Positions 51,100 to 61,025 of a stretch of DNA of 64,000 nucleotides are shown here, in pieces. Source of the DNA: Bacilli bacterium (GTDB lineage: Bacteria > Bacillota_I > Bacilli_A > RFN20 > CAG-826); assembly GCA_045615665.1 (NCBI GenBank), contig JAZLFJ010000008.1, forward strand, positions 5,254 through 69,253, in the 5' to 3' direction. Made by a program: the position numbers and the translations under genes. Below the pieces are notes generated by a model that saw nothing but the letters and a program-made list of their open reading frames with translations, ran no database searches and was not told where the DNA came from. Each line of letters begins with the position of its first letter. The first letter of the stretch is position 1.

Positions 51100-51748
51100 C
51101 AAGAATTACTATTTTGAAAAATCTATGCAAATCATCGACAAAATAAAGGATTTGCCACAAAAACCTAAACTTCTTTTGCATGTTTGCTGTGGCCCTTGCG
51201 CTTGTTATCCATTAACTTTTTTATATGAATATTTTGATGTGACAATCATGTATAACAATTCCAATATTTATCCAAAAGATGAATACGAGCATCGTCTAGA
51301 AGAACTAAAGAAACTTTTGAAGTTTTATAAACGCGACCACGATTATGACATTGGATTAATTGAATGTAATTACGATAATGAAACATACACCAAAGATTTA
51401 GAACCATTTAAGAACATGCCTGAAGGACAAACACGTTGCTTCATTTGTTATGAGAAAAGAATGGATGAAGCGTTTAAGTATGCTGATGAGAATGAATATG
51501 ATTATTTTACAACCGTCATGTCTATTTCGCGTTATAAAAACGCTACAAAAATCAATGAAATTGGTGGTAAACTTCAATTGAAATATAAGCGTACAAAATT
51601 CTTTTATGCCGATTTTAAAAAGAAAAATGGCGAAATTATTGGCAAGCAAATTCGCACTAAATATGATTTGTACGACCAACAATATTGTGGCTGTAAATAT
51701 TCATATGAGGATTATTTAAGAAGGGCGAAGGAAAATGAGACTAATTAA
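51092..51748 (+). CDS. queH: Epoxyqueuosine reductase QueH (DUF208)
   Basis: [15 protein letters not shown]...C..C... is typical of DUF208. The start is ambiguous (51092 or 51125). Confidence 0.75.
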   Translation: MVNKNYYFEKSMQIIDKIKDLPQKPKLLLHVCCGPCACYPLTFLYEYFDVTIMYNNSNIYPKDEYEHRLEELKKLLKFYKRDHDYDIGLIECNYDNETYTKDLEPFKNMPEGQTRCFICYEKRMDEAFKYADENEYDYFTTVMSISRYKNATKINEIGGKLQLKYKRTKFFYADFKKKNGEIIGKQIRTKYDLYDQQYCGCKYSYEDYLRRAKENETN

Positions 51749-53033
51749 GAAATTGGCAAGAATTTTCTTTAAAGTCACGGGTTATATCCCTTTCATGATC
51801 TATTTTAGAATACGTTTTTATCATGCTTCCAAGAAGAATAAGACTCGCCCGCTTAAAGGACCTGCTATTGTCATTGCTAATCACACATCAATTCTTGATT
51901 ATTTCGTTATAACTTTCACTTTTCCGTTTAGAAAGATAAGAACATTAGTCTCCGAAGCTTTATATGCGCATAAAATTCCTGGACTTATGTCTAAACTAAT
52001 GGACGACATTGTTGTTCACCGCGAAAGAAGCGATCTTTCTTTTATGGCTGAAGCTGAAAAATCCCTTCAAAAAGGTAAAGTAATTTCTATCTTCCCAGAA
52101 GGACACCTTGTTAGAAACGGTAAAATCGACACCTTTAGACCTGCGGTTGTTTATCTAGCGCTACGTACAGGCGCGCCTATTGTTCCTTGTTATATTGATG
52201 CGCATTATAACTCAATTAAAAGAACGAGAGTAATAACTGGTTCGAAGATTTATCTTCGTGATTATTGCAAAGAAGAAAACCCTTCGATGGATAAAGTCAG
52301 GGAGCTCTGTGAAATGCTCCGCAAGAAAGTCGAAGAACTTAAGACTCAGATTTATCTGTACCGTAAGATGAAGACTTATAACAAGATTAATTTTAGAGCG
52401 TGGTTCTTAGATTTAGCAAAGCTAACACTCTGGTTTCCAAACTTCTTTATTTTCCCAACTAAATTCCATTATATTGGAAACGCTTCTAGAAAAGACCGCA
52501 AGATAAAAGACCGCGGAATGATTGTTTCTAAACATTATTCATTCCTTGATCCACCAATCTTGGATATGCATTATTTTACAAGACGTATACATATCGTTAT
52601 TGCTCAAGAGCTTTATGTCTCCAATTCATGGCTGTTTAAGCATTTATTATGCATTGAGTATCGTCGAATTGCCTCTGCAAGCGATCCAAAATGTTTCATG
52701 CAAATAATTAATACACTTAAAGCAAATGGAGTAGTTGGCATTTATCCTGAAGGACATATCACAAAAGATGGCGTTGGAAACATCCATAATGGGGCGGCTT
52801 ATTTTGCAATGATAGCAAATTCTCCGATCTATATTTATTGGATGTCTAATCCATATAAATTCTTTAGGCGCAATCATGTTATGATTGGTGAGACAATTTA
52901 TCCTGATAAAATCTTGACTAGTGAAGAGATGAAAAATAAGGAAAATGTCGTTAAGATTCAAGAGGTCTTAAACCAGAGGATTCTAGAGCTAGAAAACGAG
53001 GCTCAAAAGTACGCTCGAAAATCAAAAAATTGA
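51735..53033 (+). CDS. Tandem-domain lysophospholipid acyltransferase (two PlsC-like LPLAT domains)
   Basis: 432 aa with two copies of the HX4D and (F/Y)PEGH motifs: NHTSILD/IFPEGH, then KHYSFLD/IYPEGH. Confidence 0.65.
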   Translation: MRLIKKLARIFFKVTGYIPFMIYFRIRFYHASKKNKTRPLKGPAIVIANHTSILDYFVITFTFPFRKIRTLVSEALYAHKIPGLMSKLMDDIVVHRERSDLSFMAEAEKSLQKGKVISIFPEGHLVRNGKIDTFRPAVVYLALRTGAPIVPCYIDAHYNSIKRTRVITGSKIYLRDYCKEENPSMDKVRELCEMLRKKVEELKTQIYLYRKMKTYNKINFRAWFLDLAKLTLWFPNFFIFPTKFHYIGNASRKDRKIKDRGMIVSKHYSFLDPPILDMHYFTRRIHIVIAQELYVSNSWLFKHLLCIEYRRIASASDPKCFMQIINTLKANGVVGIYPEGHITKDGVGNIHNGAAYFAMIANSPIYIYWMSNPYKFFRRNHVMIGETIYPDKILTSEEMKNKENVVKIQEVLNQRILELENEAQKYARKSKN

Positions 53034-53052
53034 AAAAAAATTAATGAAAATT

Positions 53053-53075
53053 GGACCAAATTTCGGTCCTTTTTT
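53053..53075 (+). terminator. Intrinsic terminator
   Basis: ggacc-aaatttc-ggtcc followed by tttttt. The stem is short. Confidence 0.5.
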
Positions 53076-53108
53076 CGTGCTTTTTATTATATATTTTTAA
53101 AGTTTTTG

Positions 53109-53137
53109 TTGCTTCATATATTATATAGGCGTATATT
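53109..53137 (+). promoter_or_regulatory. Candidate sigma-A promoter of the S10 operon (TTGCTT-17-TATATT)
   Basis: The -35 box TTGCTT is at 53109-53114 and the -10 box TATATT at 53132-53137. This predicts a leader of about 120 nt. Confidence 0.4.
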
Positions 53138-53267
53138 ATTACACGTTATCGTTTGCGTTGACATGCGAGGTTGCTGATACACCAACAGGCGTTGTCATGA
53201 TAGGGTGTCAGGGAATTCGTAAAAGAGCAAATCGGTAAAAGCCTGAAAATATTAAGGAGGACAATTC

Positions 53268-53579
53268 ATGGCAAAATTAAAAACCATTCGGGTTCGTTTG
53301 CAAGCCTATGATCACAAAATTCTTGATCTAGCGGTTGAGAAGATCATCTTTGCGGCGAAGAAGACTGGGGCTGGTGTTGTGGGCCCTATTCCTCTACCAA
53401 CCGAAAAGCAAGTTTATACAATCTTGCGCGCTGTGCATAAGTACAAAGATGCTCGTGAACAGTTCGAAATCAGAACACACAAAAGATTGATCGATATTAC
53501 CAATCCACAAAAGGAAACAGTCGACGCTCTTAGAAAGCTTGACTTACCATCTGGAGTAGATATCGACATCAAGTTATAA
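53268..53579 (+). CDS. rpsJ: 30S ribosomal protein S10
   Basis: 103 aa, [17 protein letters not shown], with SD AAGGAGG. It is the first gene of the S10 operon. Confidence 0.97.
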   Translation: MAKLKTIRVRLQAYDHKILDLAVEKIIFAAKKTGAGVVGPIPLPTEKQVYTILRAVHKYKDAREQFEIRTHKRLIDITNPQKETVDALRKLDLPSGVDIDIKL

Positions 53580-53593
53580 GGAGGTAAGACAAA

Positions 53594-54475
53594 ATGAAAC
53601 AAATCATTGGTCGTAAAATGGGCATGACTGAAGTCTTCGCTCAAGATGGCACTATGTATGCTGTTACTGTCATCGAAGTCTTACCAAATGTCGTCACTCA
53701 AGTTAAGACTCTTGAAAAAGACGGCTATGTCGCTCTCCAAGTCGGATTCGAAGAAAAGAAAGAATCCAAAGCTAACAAAGCAGAAAAAGGACACTTTGCA
53801 AAAGCTGGTGTTCCAGTAATGAAGGTTCTTGGAGAAATCAAAGGTGACGAACTCGCTAACTACAAAGTTGGTGACAAAATCACTGCAGACATCTTCAAAG
53901 CTGGAGATGTCGTCGACGTAATCGGTACCTCTAAAGGCCGCGGTTATGCCGGTGTTATCAAACGTTGGGGACACACAATCGGTCCAAAAGGACACGGTTC
54001 TGGTTACCATAGAGGACAAGGTTCTTTCGCTAATAACGGACGTAACAACGCACGTGTGATCCCAGGCAAGAAGATGTCTGGTCATCACGGAAACTTATCC
54101 GCCACAATTCTCAACCAATTATTGGTCGAAGCAAATGCGGAAAAGAATTACATCTTAGTTAGAGGCTCAGTCCCAGGCGCAAAACGCTCACTCGTCTTAG
54201 TGAGATCCGCCATTAAGGCTCAATTAGGAAAACCTGAAAAAGTCCAAGCTCTCGTCGATTATGAAGCTGCTGCCAAAGCCGCTGAAGAAGCTCGCTTAGC
54301 AGAAGAAAAACGAATCGCTGAAGAGAAGGCTGCCGCTAAAGCTGCGGAAGAAGCAGCAAAGAAAGCCGCTGAAGAAGCTGCTAAAGCAGAAGCAGAAGCT
54401 AAGAAAGCTGAAGAAACCAAGGTTGAAGAAGCTAAACCAGCCGAAGCTCCAGCTGAAGAAGTGAAAGGAGAATAG
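53594..54475 (+). CDS. rplC: 50S ribosomal protein L3 with an ~84-aa Ala/Glu/Lys-rich C-terminal extension
   Basis: 293 aa. The L3 core runs to about residue 209 (...VRSAIKA); the low-complexity tail is at 54221-54472. Confidence 0.95.
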   Translation: MKQIIGRKMGMTEVFAQDGTMYAVTVIEVLPNVVTQVKTLEKDGYVALQVGFEEKKESKANKAEKGHFAKAGVPVMKVLGEIKGDELANYKVGDKITADIFKAGDVVDVIGTSKGRGYAGVIKRWGHTIGPKGHGSGYHRGQGSFANNGRNNARVIPGKKMSGHHGNLSATILNQLLVEANAEKNYILVRGSVPGAKRSLVLVRSAIKAQLGKPEKVQALVDYEAAAKAAEEARLAEEKRIAEEKAAAKAAEEAAKKAAEEAAKAEAEAKKAEETKVEEAKPAEAPAEEVKGE

Positions 54476-54477
54476 TT

Positions 54478-55116
54478 ATGGCCAAGAAAATTACATTAGA
54501 CGTCTATTCTCAAGCAGGCGCAAAGGTCTCAACTGTCGAAGTCTCTTCTTATGTCTTCGGTCAAGAGGAAAATGTCCAAGTCATGCATGATGCCGTTGTG
54601 GTTTATCAAGCAAACATGAGACAAGATACCGCTAAGACCAAGAAAAGAGATGAAGTCAGCGGTGGTGGTAAAAAACCATGGAGACAAAAAGGCACAGGCC
54701 GTGCTAGAGCAGGTTCAAGCCGCTCCCCAATCTGGGTTGGTGGTGGAACAGTCTTCGGCCCAACAGGTGTCCAAAACCACAAAATCAAACAAAACCGTAA
54801 GGAATACAATCTTGCCTTAAGATGTGCATATTCCTCAAAGGTTAAAGATCTCATTGTCGTTGACGAATTCAAGTTTACTGAAAAGAAAACCAAAAATGTC
54901 GTCAAGATGCTCAAAGATCTCAAAGCGGAAGGCAAGGTTCTCATCGTCTTATCTGAAGAAAATGACAATCTCGTCTATAGCGCATCAAACATTGCAACCG
55001 CATGTGTTACACCAGTCAATAACGTTTCCGTTTATGACTTAATGTACTTCGATAAAGTTGTGATGGACAAGGCAACCTTAAAGGTTGTTGAAAATTCATT
55101 AGAGGAGGCAAAGTAG
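54478..55116 (+). CDS. rplD: 50S ribosomal protein L4
   Basis: 212 aa with GGGKKPWRQKGTGRAR. Confidence 0.95.
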   Translation: MAKKITLDVYSQAGAKVSTVEVSSYVFGQEENVQVMHDAVVVYQANMRQDTAKTKKRDEVSGGGKKPWRQKGTGRARAGSSRSPIWVGGGTVFGPTGVQNHKIKQNRKEYNLALRCAYSSKVKDLIVVDEFKFTEKKTKNVVKMLKDLKAEGKVLIVLSEENDNLVYSASNIATACVTPVNNVSVYDLMYFDKVVMDKATLKVVENSLEEAK

Positions 55117-55117
55117 G

Positions 55118-55441
55118 ATGGCTAAAGCAGCAAAGAAAGTTAGCAAAGCTACAATTCATGATTACGAAGTCATTCTTGAACCAGTAATCACTGAAAAAAC
55201 TATGTCTCTCATGCAGGAACAAAACAAGGTGACTGTCAAAGTTAGCCCAAAAGCTAACCGCGCTGAAGTCAAGAAAGCCTTCGAAGCAGTCTTCGGAGTC
55301 AAAGTCCTTGGCGTCAATATCGTAAACGTTCCTAGCAAAGAAACCACAAGAGGCGGCCGCTATAAAGGCTCAATCTCCGGTTTCAAGAAAGCCGTAGTCA
55401 CTATCGCCGAAGGCGAAGCACTCGACTTATTCAAAGAGTAA
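55118..55441 (+). CDS. rplW: 50S ribosomal protein L23
   Basis: 107 aa, by operon position, with ILEPVITEKT. Confidence 0.93.
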   Translation: MAKAAKKVSKATIHDYEVILEPVITEKTMSLMQEQNKVTVKVSPKANRAEVKKAFEAVFGVKVLGVNIVNVPSKETTRGGRYKGSISGFKKAVVTIAEGEALDLFKE

Positions 55442-55477
55442 CCTGAAATAGGGTTTACACAATATAGGAGGTAAAAA

Positions 55478-56311
55478 ATGTCAATTAGAACATTCAGACC
55501 GACATCTGCATCTCGCAGAAACATGACGAATCTGACATATGAAGAAATCACCAAATCAACTCCTGAAAAAAGTTTAACAGTTAAACTTAGCAAAACTGGC
55601 GGTCGTAATAACCAAGGTGTTATCACAACTCGTCACATCGGTGGTGGTCATAAACGCAGATATCGTATCGTTGATTTCAAGAGAAACAAAGACGGAATCG
55701 TCGGTGTCGTCAAAGCGGTTGAATATGATCCAAACCGTAATGCAAACATTCTTCTCATCGTCTATAGCGATGGTGAAAAGAGATACATTCTCGCCCCACA
55801 AGGCTTGAAGGTCGGAGATAAAGTTGTCTCCGGTGAAAATGTCGATATTAAAGTCGGAAACGCTCTACCATTAAGCAATATACCTGAAGGTACATTCGTC
55901 CATAACGTAGAGTTAGCTCCAAAGAAAGGTGGCCAAATGTGTCGTGCTGCTGGAACAAGTGCTCAAATCCTTGGTTCAGAAGGCAAATACGTCATTCTCC
56001 GCCTTGCATCTGGAGAAGTTAGAAAAGTCTTAGGTACCTGCCGCGCTACAATCGGTGTGGTCGGTAACGAAGATTATGCCCTTGTTAACAAGGGTAAAGC
56101 TGGTAAGACCCGCTGGTTAGGCACTCGCCCAACCGTCCGCGGATCTGTTATGAACCCGAACGATCACCCACACGGTGGTGGTGAAGGTAAATCACCAGTC
56201 GGACGTGATGCACCACGTACCCCATGGGGCAAGCGTGCTCTTGGCGTCAAGACAAGACGCAACAAAAAAGCTTCTACAGCCTTAATCATCCGTAGAAGAA
56301 ACGGCAAATAA
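55478..56311 (+). CDS. rplB: 50S ribosomal protein L2
   Basis: 277 aa with [12 protein letters not shown] and [12 protein letters not shown]. Confidence 0.97.
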   Translation: MSIRTFRPTSASRRNMTNLTYEEITKSTPEKSLTVKLSKTGGRNNQGVITTRHIGGGHKRRYRIVDFKRNKDGIVGVVKAVEYDPNRNANILLIVYSDGEKRYILAPQGLKVGDKVVSGENVDIKVGNALPLSNIPEGTFVHNVELAPKKGGQMCRAAGTSAQILGSEGKYVILRLASGEVRKVLGTCRATIGVVGNEDYALVNKGKAGKTRWLGTRPTVRGSVMNPNDHPHGGGEGKSPVGRDAPRTPWGKRALGVKTRRNKKASTALIIRRRNGK

Positions 56312-56329
56312 TGAAAGGAGAAATTGAAA

Positions 56330-56620
56330 ATGGCAAGATCAATTAAAAAAGGACCATTCTGTGATGCATATCTTTTGAAAAAAGTGGATGCTTTAAATGC
56401 CGCTAACAAAAAAGAAGTCATTAAGACTTGGTCACGTCGTTCTACAATTTTCCCATCATTTGTTGAACACACATTCGCTGTCTATAACGGCCGCGAACAC
56501 ATCACTGTCTATGTCACTGAAGATATGGTTGGTCATAAATTAGGTGAATTCGCCCCAACAAGAACCTTCAAAGGACATCACGGTAACAATGCAGAAGATA
56601 AGGCTGCAGCCGCTAAATAG
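56330..56620 (+). CDS. rpsS: 30S ribosomal protein S19
   Basis: Starts [11 protein letters not shown] chose the ATG at 56330, downstream of the SD AAAGGAG; the ORF-track start at 56324 is a TTG. Confidence 0.95.
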   Translation: MARSIKKGPFCDAYLLKKVDALNAANKKEVIKTWSRRSTIFPSFVEHTFAVYNGREHITVYVTEDMVGHKLGEFAPTRTFKGHHGNNAEDKAAAAK

Positions 56621-56630
56621 GAGGTAGGTT

Positions 56631-57146
56631 ATGGCAGAAACAAAGAAACCAGCTGCTAAGAAAGCTCCAGCAAAGAAAGCTCCAACCAAAAAGGTTGAAG
56701 AAGTCAAAGAAGCTGAAGTGAAAGAAGAAGTAGCTAAAGTTGAAGAAAAACCTACTAAAGAAGCTAAGAAAGCCGCTAAGAAGGCCAAAGAAGCTCCTGC
56801 TAAACCAGTAGTGACCTCCGCTCGCGCTACCGCGTATGACGTCCGCGTCACCCCACGTAAAGCGCGCCTCGTTATTGATTTAATTAGAGGTTTAGGTGTT
56901 AACGAAGCATTAGGCATTCTCGCCAATGTCAATAAAGCCGCCTCACCAATCGTCGCTAAAGTTGTTAAATCAGCTGCTAGCAACGCCATCAATAACTTCG
57001 GTATGGACGAAGAAAGACTCTACGTCGCCGAAATATACGCTAATGATGGATTAAGAATGAAAAGATTCCTTCCAAGAGCAAAAGGATCTGCATCAGGCTT
57101 AGTCAAAAGAACCAGCCACATCACTGTGGTGGTCAAACAAAGATAG
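56631..57146 (+). CDS. rplV: 50S ribosomal protein L22 with a ~61-aa Lys/Ala/Glu-rich N-terminal extension
   Basis: 171 aa. The L22 core starts near [24 protein letters not shown], and the extension is at 56631-56813. Confidence 0.95.
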   Translation: MAETKKPAAKKAPAKKAPTKKVEEVKEAEVKEEVAKVEEKPTKEAKKAAKKAKEAPAKPVVTSARATAYDVRVTPRKARLVIDLIRGLGVNEALGILANVNKAASPIVAKVVKSAASNAINNFGMDEERLYVAEIYANDGLRMKRFLPRAKGSASGLVKRTSHITVVVKQR

Positions 57147-57158
57147 GAGGAAATACTC

Positions 57159-57833
57159 ATGGGTCAAAAAGTTAGTCCTGTAGGCATGCGTGTTGGCATC
57201 AATCGCGATTGGCATTCTCGCTGGTTCGCATCTGATAACGAATACGCTAAATTCCTTCACGAAGATATTAAAGTCCGTAAATATCTCACCAAAGAATTAA
57301 AAGATGCTCTTCTCTCTCATGTTGAAATTGAGAGACGTAAAGGCGATAAAGGACATGATGTAACAATTATGTTATTCGTCGCTCGTCCAGGTGTCGTCAT
57401 CGGACAAGAAGGCGCTAACATCAATCGCATTAAGAAAGAAGTTAGCAAGATGCTCAAACCATCCAATGTCAAAATTGATGTCGTCGAAGTAAAACAACCT
57501 GACTTAGATGCTCAACTCGTTGCACAATGGATCGCTACTGAGCTTGAAAATCGTGCGTCCTTCCGTACTGCTCAAAAGAAAGCCATTCAACGCGTTCGTA
57601 AAGCAGGCGCTAAAGGATGTAGAACACTCATCTCTGGTCGTTTAGGCGGAGCGGATATCGCTAGAAGCGAAGGTTATAAAGAAGGTATCATCCCTCTAAC
57701 CACTCTTCGCACCAATATCGATTTCGCTATCGCAGAAGCTGTCACTCCTTATGGCCGTTTAGGTGTTAAGGTCTGGATTTGCTTAGGCGACAAGAAAGAA
57801 GAAAAAGAAGAAGCCAAAGGAGGAGAAAGATAA
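57159..57833 (+). CDS. rpsC: 30S ribosomal protein S3
   Basis: 224 aa starting [18 protein letters not shown]. Confidence 0.97.
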   Translation: MGQKVSPVGMRVGINRDWHSRWFASDNEYAKFLHEDIKVRKYLTKELKDALLSHVEIERRKGDKGHDVTIMLFVARPGVVIGQEGANINRIKKEVSKMLKPSNVKIDVVEVKQPDLDAQLVAQWIATELENRASFRTAQKKAIQRVRKAGAKGCRTLISGRLGGADIARSEGYKEGIIPLTTLRTNIDFAIAEAVTPYGRLGVKVWICLGDKKEEKEEAKGGER

Positions 57834-58246
57834 TGTTACAACCAAAGCGTGTTAAATATCGTCGTCCTCATGGCATTAAATACGAAGGCTTATCCAAAGG
57901 CGGAAACAAAGTTTCCTTCGGTGAATTTGGTCTTCAAGCTGTAACCGGCGCATGGATCACAGATCGTCAAATTGAATCTGCTCGTATCGTTCTCAGCCGT
58001 TACACCAAAAAGGAAGGTAAGGTTTATATTCGTATATTCCCACACCTCGCCAAAACTAAAAAACCAGCTGAAGTCCGTATGGGTTCTGGTAAAGGTAATC
58101 CAGAAAACTGGGTTGCAGTTGTTAAGAAAAATCGCGTCATGTTTGAAATGGGCGGTGTCCCAGAAGAAGTCGCTCGTGAAGCCCTTCGTCTCGCCGCTTA
58201 CAAACTTCCAAACAAATGCCGCGTCATCGCTAAGGAGGGTAAGTAA
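57833..58246 (+). CDS. rplP: 50S ribosomal protein L16
   Basis: Starts [13 protein letters not shown], at a TAATG overlap with rpsC. The ORF-track start at 57779 is spurious. Confidence 0.95.
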   Translation: MLQPKRVKYRRPHGIKYEGLSKGGNKVSFGEFGLQAVTGAWITDRQIESARIVLSRYTKKEGKVYIRIFPHLAKTKKPAEVRMGSGKGNPENWVAVVKKNRVMFEMGGVPEEVAREALRLAAYKLPNKCRVIAKEGK

Positions 58247-58444
58247 ATGAAAGTAAATGAATTTCGTGAAATGAGTAACGAAGAACTTAATGAAAAAGTT
58301 TACTTACTCAAAGAAGAATTGTTCAATCTCCGTCGTAAGAAAGCGGTTGGACAACTCGAACACGGTGAAGAAGTTAGAAGAGTTCGTAAAGATATCGCTC
58401 GCGCTAAGCTCGTGCAACGCGAAAGAGAACTCGGTGTTAAATAA
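58247..58444 (+). CDS. rpmC: 50S ribosomal protein L29
   Basis: 65 aa, by operon position, with LKEELFNLR. Confidence 0.93.
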   Translation: MKVNEFREMSNEELNEKVYLLKEELFNLRRKKAVGQLEHGEEVRRVRKDIARAKLVQRERELGVK

Positions 58445-58457
58445 GGAGGATTAGACC

Positions 58458-58961
58458 ATGGAAAGAAATAGAAGAACATCACTTCAAGGTGTCGTCGTTT
58501 CAAATAAGATGGACAAGACAATTGTCGTCGAAGTCGAAACTCATAAGAAACACCCGAAATATCTCAAACGTGTCAAATATTCTAATAAATATTACGCACA
58601 CGATGAGAAAAATGAGGCCAAGGTTGGCGATACAGTTACCATCATGGGCTGCCGTCCACTCTCTGCCTTAAAGAGATTCCGTTTAGTCTCAGTCGATAAG
58701 AAAGCGGTGGAACCAATCAAGGTTGCCGAAGCTGAATTAATCGCTGAAGAAAAGCTCGAAGAAGTTAAAGCGGAAGCAAAAGTTGAAGAAGTCAAAGTTG
58801 AAGAAGTAAAGGTCGAAGAAGTTAAAGCGGAAGAAAAACCTGCCGCTAAAAAAGCTCCAGCCAAGAAAGCTTCCACTAAGAAAGAATCAACCGAAGTAAA
58901 ACCTGCTGCTAAAAAAGCTCCTGCCAAAAAGGCACCAGCTAAAAAAGCAGAAGAAAAGTAG
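58458..58961 (+). CDS. rpsQ: 30S ribosomal protein S17 with an ~86-aa Glu/Val/Lys/Ala/Pro-rich C-terminal extension
   Basis: 167 aa. The S17 core is about 81 aa ([16 protein letters not shown]...). The tail is at 58701-58958. Confidence 0.95.
   Translation: MERNRRTSLQGVVVSNKMDKTIVVEVETHKKHPKYLKRVKYSNKYYAHDEKNEAKVGDTVTIMGCRPLSALKRFRLVSVDKKAVEPIKVAEAELIAEEKLEEVKAEAKVEEVKVEEVKVEEVKAEEKPAAKKAPAKKASTKKESTEVKPAAKKAPAKKAPAKKAEEK
58758..58829 (+). repeat. Tandem 15-nt coding repeats GAAGAAGTnAAAGnn (EEVKx) in the S17 tail
   Basis: Copies lie at 58758-58772, 58785-58799, 58800-58814 and 58815-58829. The [12 protein letters not shown] coding unit is also duplicated, at about 58838-58870 and 58899-58931. 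Confidence 0.8.
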
Positions 58962-58972
58962 GAGGTTAAGTT

Positions 58973-59347
58973 ATGATTCAAACAGAAACAAACTTAGTCG
59001 TCGCTGATAACTCGGGTGCACGTTCAGTTCGTGTCTTCCGTCTTAAAGGTGGATCTACTAGAAAATCTTGTAGCATCGGTGATATCGTCACCTGTGCAGT
59101 TAAAGAAGCCATTCCAAACGGCCGTGTCAAAAAATCCGATATCGTCAAAGGCATCATCGTTCGCACCAAACACGCGATCAATCGTCCAGACGGTAGTCAA
59201 ATTGCTTTCGATGATAACGCTGTTGTCTTGATAGACAATGAAGGCGCTCCAATCGGAACACGTGTCTTTGGTCCAGTGGCCAGAGAACTTCGTGATAAGG
59301 GTGAAGGTTATATGAAGATCGTCTCCCTTGCGACCGAAGTCTTATAA
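58973..59347 (+). CDS. rplN: 50S ribosomal protein L14
   Basis: 124 aa starting [17 protein letters not shown]. Confidence 0.97.
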   Translation: MIQTETNLVVADNSGARSVRVFRLKGGSTRKSCSIGDIVTCAVKEAIPNGRVKKSDIVKGIIVRTKHAINRPDGSQIAFDDNAVVLIDNEGAPIGTRVFGPVARELRDKGEGYMKIVSLATEVL

Positions 59348-59360
59348 GGAGGATGTTAAG

Positions 59361-59669
59361 ATGAAAATCATTAAAGGTGATAAAGTCGTCGTCATCGCTG
59401 GAAAAGACAAAGGCAAAACTGGTATAGTCCAAGCTGTCTATCCAAAGAAGAACAAAGTCGTTGTCGAAGGCGTTAACGTTCACAAAAGACATAAAAAACC
59501 ATCTCAACAATCTCCAGAAGGATCAGTTGTTGAAATGTATGTTCCAATCGATGCAAGTAACGTTGCAATCGTTGATCCAAAAACTAAAAAAGCTACCCGC
59601 GTAGGCTACGCAGTTGAAAAGGGCAAAAAAGTCCGTGTCACCAAAGCCAGCGGTAGCAAACTTAACTAG
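59361..59669 (+). CDS. rplX: 50S ribosomal protein L24
   Basis: Starts [19 protein letters not shown], after the SD AAGGAGG. The ORF-track start at 59328 overlaps rplN. Confidence 0.95.
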   Translation: MKIIKGDKVVVIAGKDKGKTGIVQAVYPKKNKVVVEGVNVHKRHKKPSQQSPEGSVVEMYVPIDASNVAIVDPKTKKATRVGYAVEKGKKVRVTKASGSKLN

Positions 59670-59680
59670 GAGGAAAAGTC

Positions 59681-60409
59681 ATGGCAGAAACCAAGAAACC
59701 TGCAGCAAAATCTGCAGCAGTCAAGAAAACAACTGCTACCAAGACTGCTACTAAATCCGCTCCTAAAGCCGAAGAAGTAAAGAAGGCTGCTCCAAAAGCT
59801 GAAGTTAAAGAAGCTCCAAAAGCTGCTCCAGCTAAGAAAGCATCTAAAGGTGCTCCAAAAAGAACAGCCACAACTCGTTTACTTGAAAAATACAATAACG
59901 AAATTAAGAAAGCTTTAATTGCTAAATATAACTACAAATCAGTTATGCAAGCACCAAAGCTTGAAAAAATCGTTATCAACGTCGGTGTTGGAGAAGCTCT
60001 CACTAACAACAAAGCAATCGACGAAGTCGTTAATGAGATCGGACTTATTACTGGTCAACATCCAGTAACCACCAAAGCTAAAAAATCTATCGCGACATTC
60101 AAACTTCGTGAAGGCCAAGTCATTGGTGTCAAAGTCACATTACGTGATGTTAGAATGTATGAATTCTTCGATAGACTCGTCTCCATCGCACTTCCACGCG
60201 TTAGAGACTTCCGTGGAGTAAGCAAGAACTCCTTCGATGGTCATGGTAACTATACCTTAGGCGTCAAGGAACAACTTATCTTCCCAGAAATTGACTACGA
60301 TAAAGTCAGCAAAATTAGAGGCATGGATATCGTTATCGTTACTACAGCAGAAAGTGATGACGAAGCATATAGCTTATTAGAAGCTCTAGGCATGCCGTTC
60401 CATAGATAA
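59681..60409 (+). CDS. rplE: 50S ribosomal protein L5 with a ~63-aa Lys/Ala/Thr-rich N-terminal extension
   Basis: 242 aa. The L5 core starts near [41 protein letters not shown], and the extension is at 59681-59869. Confidence 0.95.
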   Translation: MAETKKPAAKSAAVKKTTATKTATKSAPKAEEVKKAAPKAEVKEAPKAAPAKKASKGAPKRTATTRLLEKYNNEIKKALIAKYNYKSVMQAPKLEKIVINVGVGEALTNNKAIDEVVNEIGLITGQHPVTTKAKKSIATFKLREGQVIGVKVTLRDVRMYEFFDRLVSIALPRVRDFRGVSKNSFDGHGNYTLGVKEQLIFPEIDYDKVSKIRGMDIVIVTTAESDDEAYSLLEALGMPFHR

Positions 60410-60423
60410 GGAGGACGAAAATA

Positions 60424-60609
60424 ATGGCAAAAACCAGTATGAAGGTCAAATGTGCAAGACCTCAAAAATTCAAAACTCGTGAATATACTCGTTGTGAACG
60501 TTGCGGACGTCCTCACTCAGTCTATTCAAAATTCAAATTATGCCGTGTCTGTTTACGTGAGCTCGCTTATAAAGGCGAAATCCCAGGCATGAAGAAATCA
60601 AGTTGGTAA
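60424..60609 (+). CDS. rpsN: 30S ribosomal protein S14, short zinc-binding (type Z) form
   Basis: 61 aa with CERCGRP...CRVC. Confidence 0.95.
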   Translation: MAKTSMKVKCARPQKFKTREYTRCERCGRPHSVYSKFKLCRVCLRELAYKGEIPGMKKSSW

Positions 60610-60627
60610 GAAGGAGGAAATATCGAT

Positions 60628-61020
60628 ATGATGACAGATCCAATTGCAGATATGCTCACTCGTATTCGTAATGCAAACGCGTTACGTTATGCCTCCGTCA
60701 GCATGCCATCTAGCAAAATGAAAGTTGAAATCGCTAAAATTCTTCTTGAAGAAGGATTCATTTCCGATTTCAAAGTTGAAGGTGATGTTAAGAAACAATT
60801 AACCATCTCTCTCAAATATGGTGCAAATGGTCAAAGAGTTATCTCTGGCCTTAAGAAGATCTCTAAACCAGGCTTACGCGTTAACGCTGGTGCAAACAAG
60901 CTTCCACGCGTGTTAAATGGCTTAGGAATCGCAATTATCTCTACTAGCAAAGGAGTCGTAAGCGACAAAACCGCTCGTACACTTGGTGTCGGTGGTGAAG
61001 TTTTAGCCTACGTTTGGTAA
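60628..61020 (+). CDS. rpsH: 30S ribosomal protein S8
   Basis: 130 aa with [14 protein letters not shown]. Confidence 0.97.
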   Translation: MMTDPIADMLTRIRNANALRYASVSMPSSKMKVEIAKILLEEGFISDFKVEGDVKKQLTISLKYGANGQRVISGLKKISKPGLRVNAGANKLPRVLNGLGIAIISTSKGVVSDKTARTLGVGGEVLAYVW

Positions 61021-61025
61021 TTATT

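Noticed and set aside
53044-53094. Small ORF MKIGPNFGPFFVLFIIYF after the acyltransferase gene.
   Set aside because: It coincides with the terminator hairpin and T-tract, has no SD, and its hydrophobic composition follows from T-rich DNA.
53158-53163. Perfect TTGACA hexamer in the rpsJ upstream region as a -35 box.
   Set aside because: No acceptable -10 hexamer lies 16-18 nt downstream (ACCAAC at 17 nt; TGATAC only at 11 nt). The hexamer is part of the repeated GCGTTGACATG element, which I interpret as leader RNA sequence.
56540-56992. 150-aa antisense ORF opposite rpsS/rplV. Similar antisense ORFs occur at 58592-58981, 59662-59895, 61934-62326, 53681-54088 and 34240-34665.
   Set aside because: All lie opposite low-complexity GCT/GAA/AAG-rich (or Ser/Thr-rich) coding tracts, whose reverse complement lacks stop codons. 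Their products are Ala/Ser/Leu/Phe low-complexity strings. The sense-strand genes are unambiguous ribosomal proteins or a lipoprotein.
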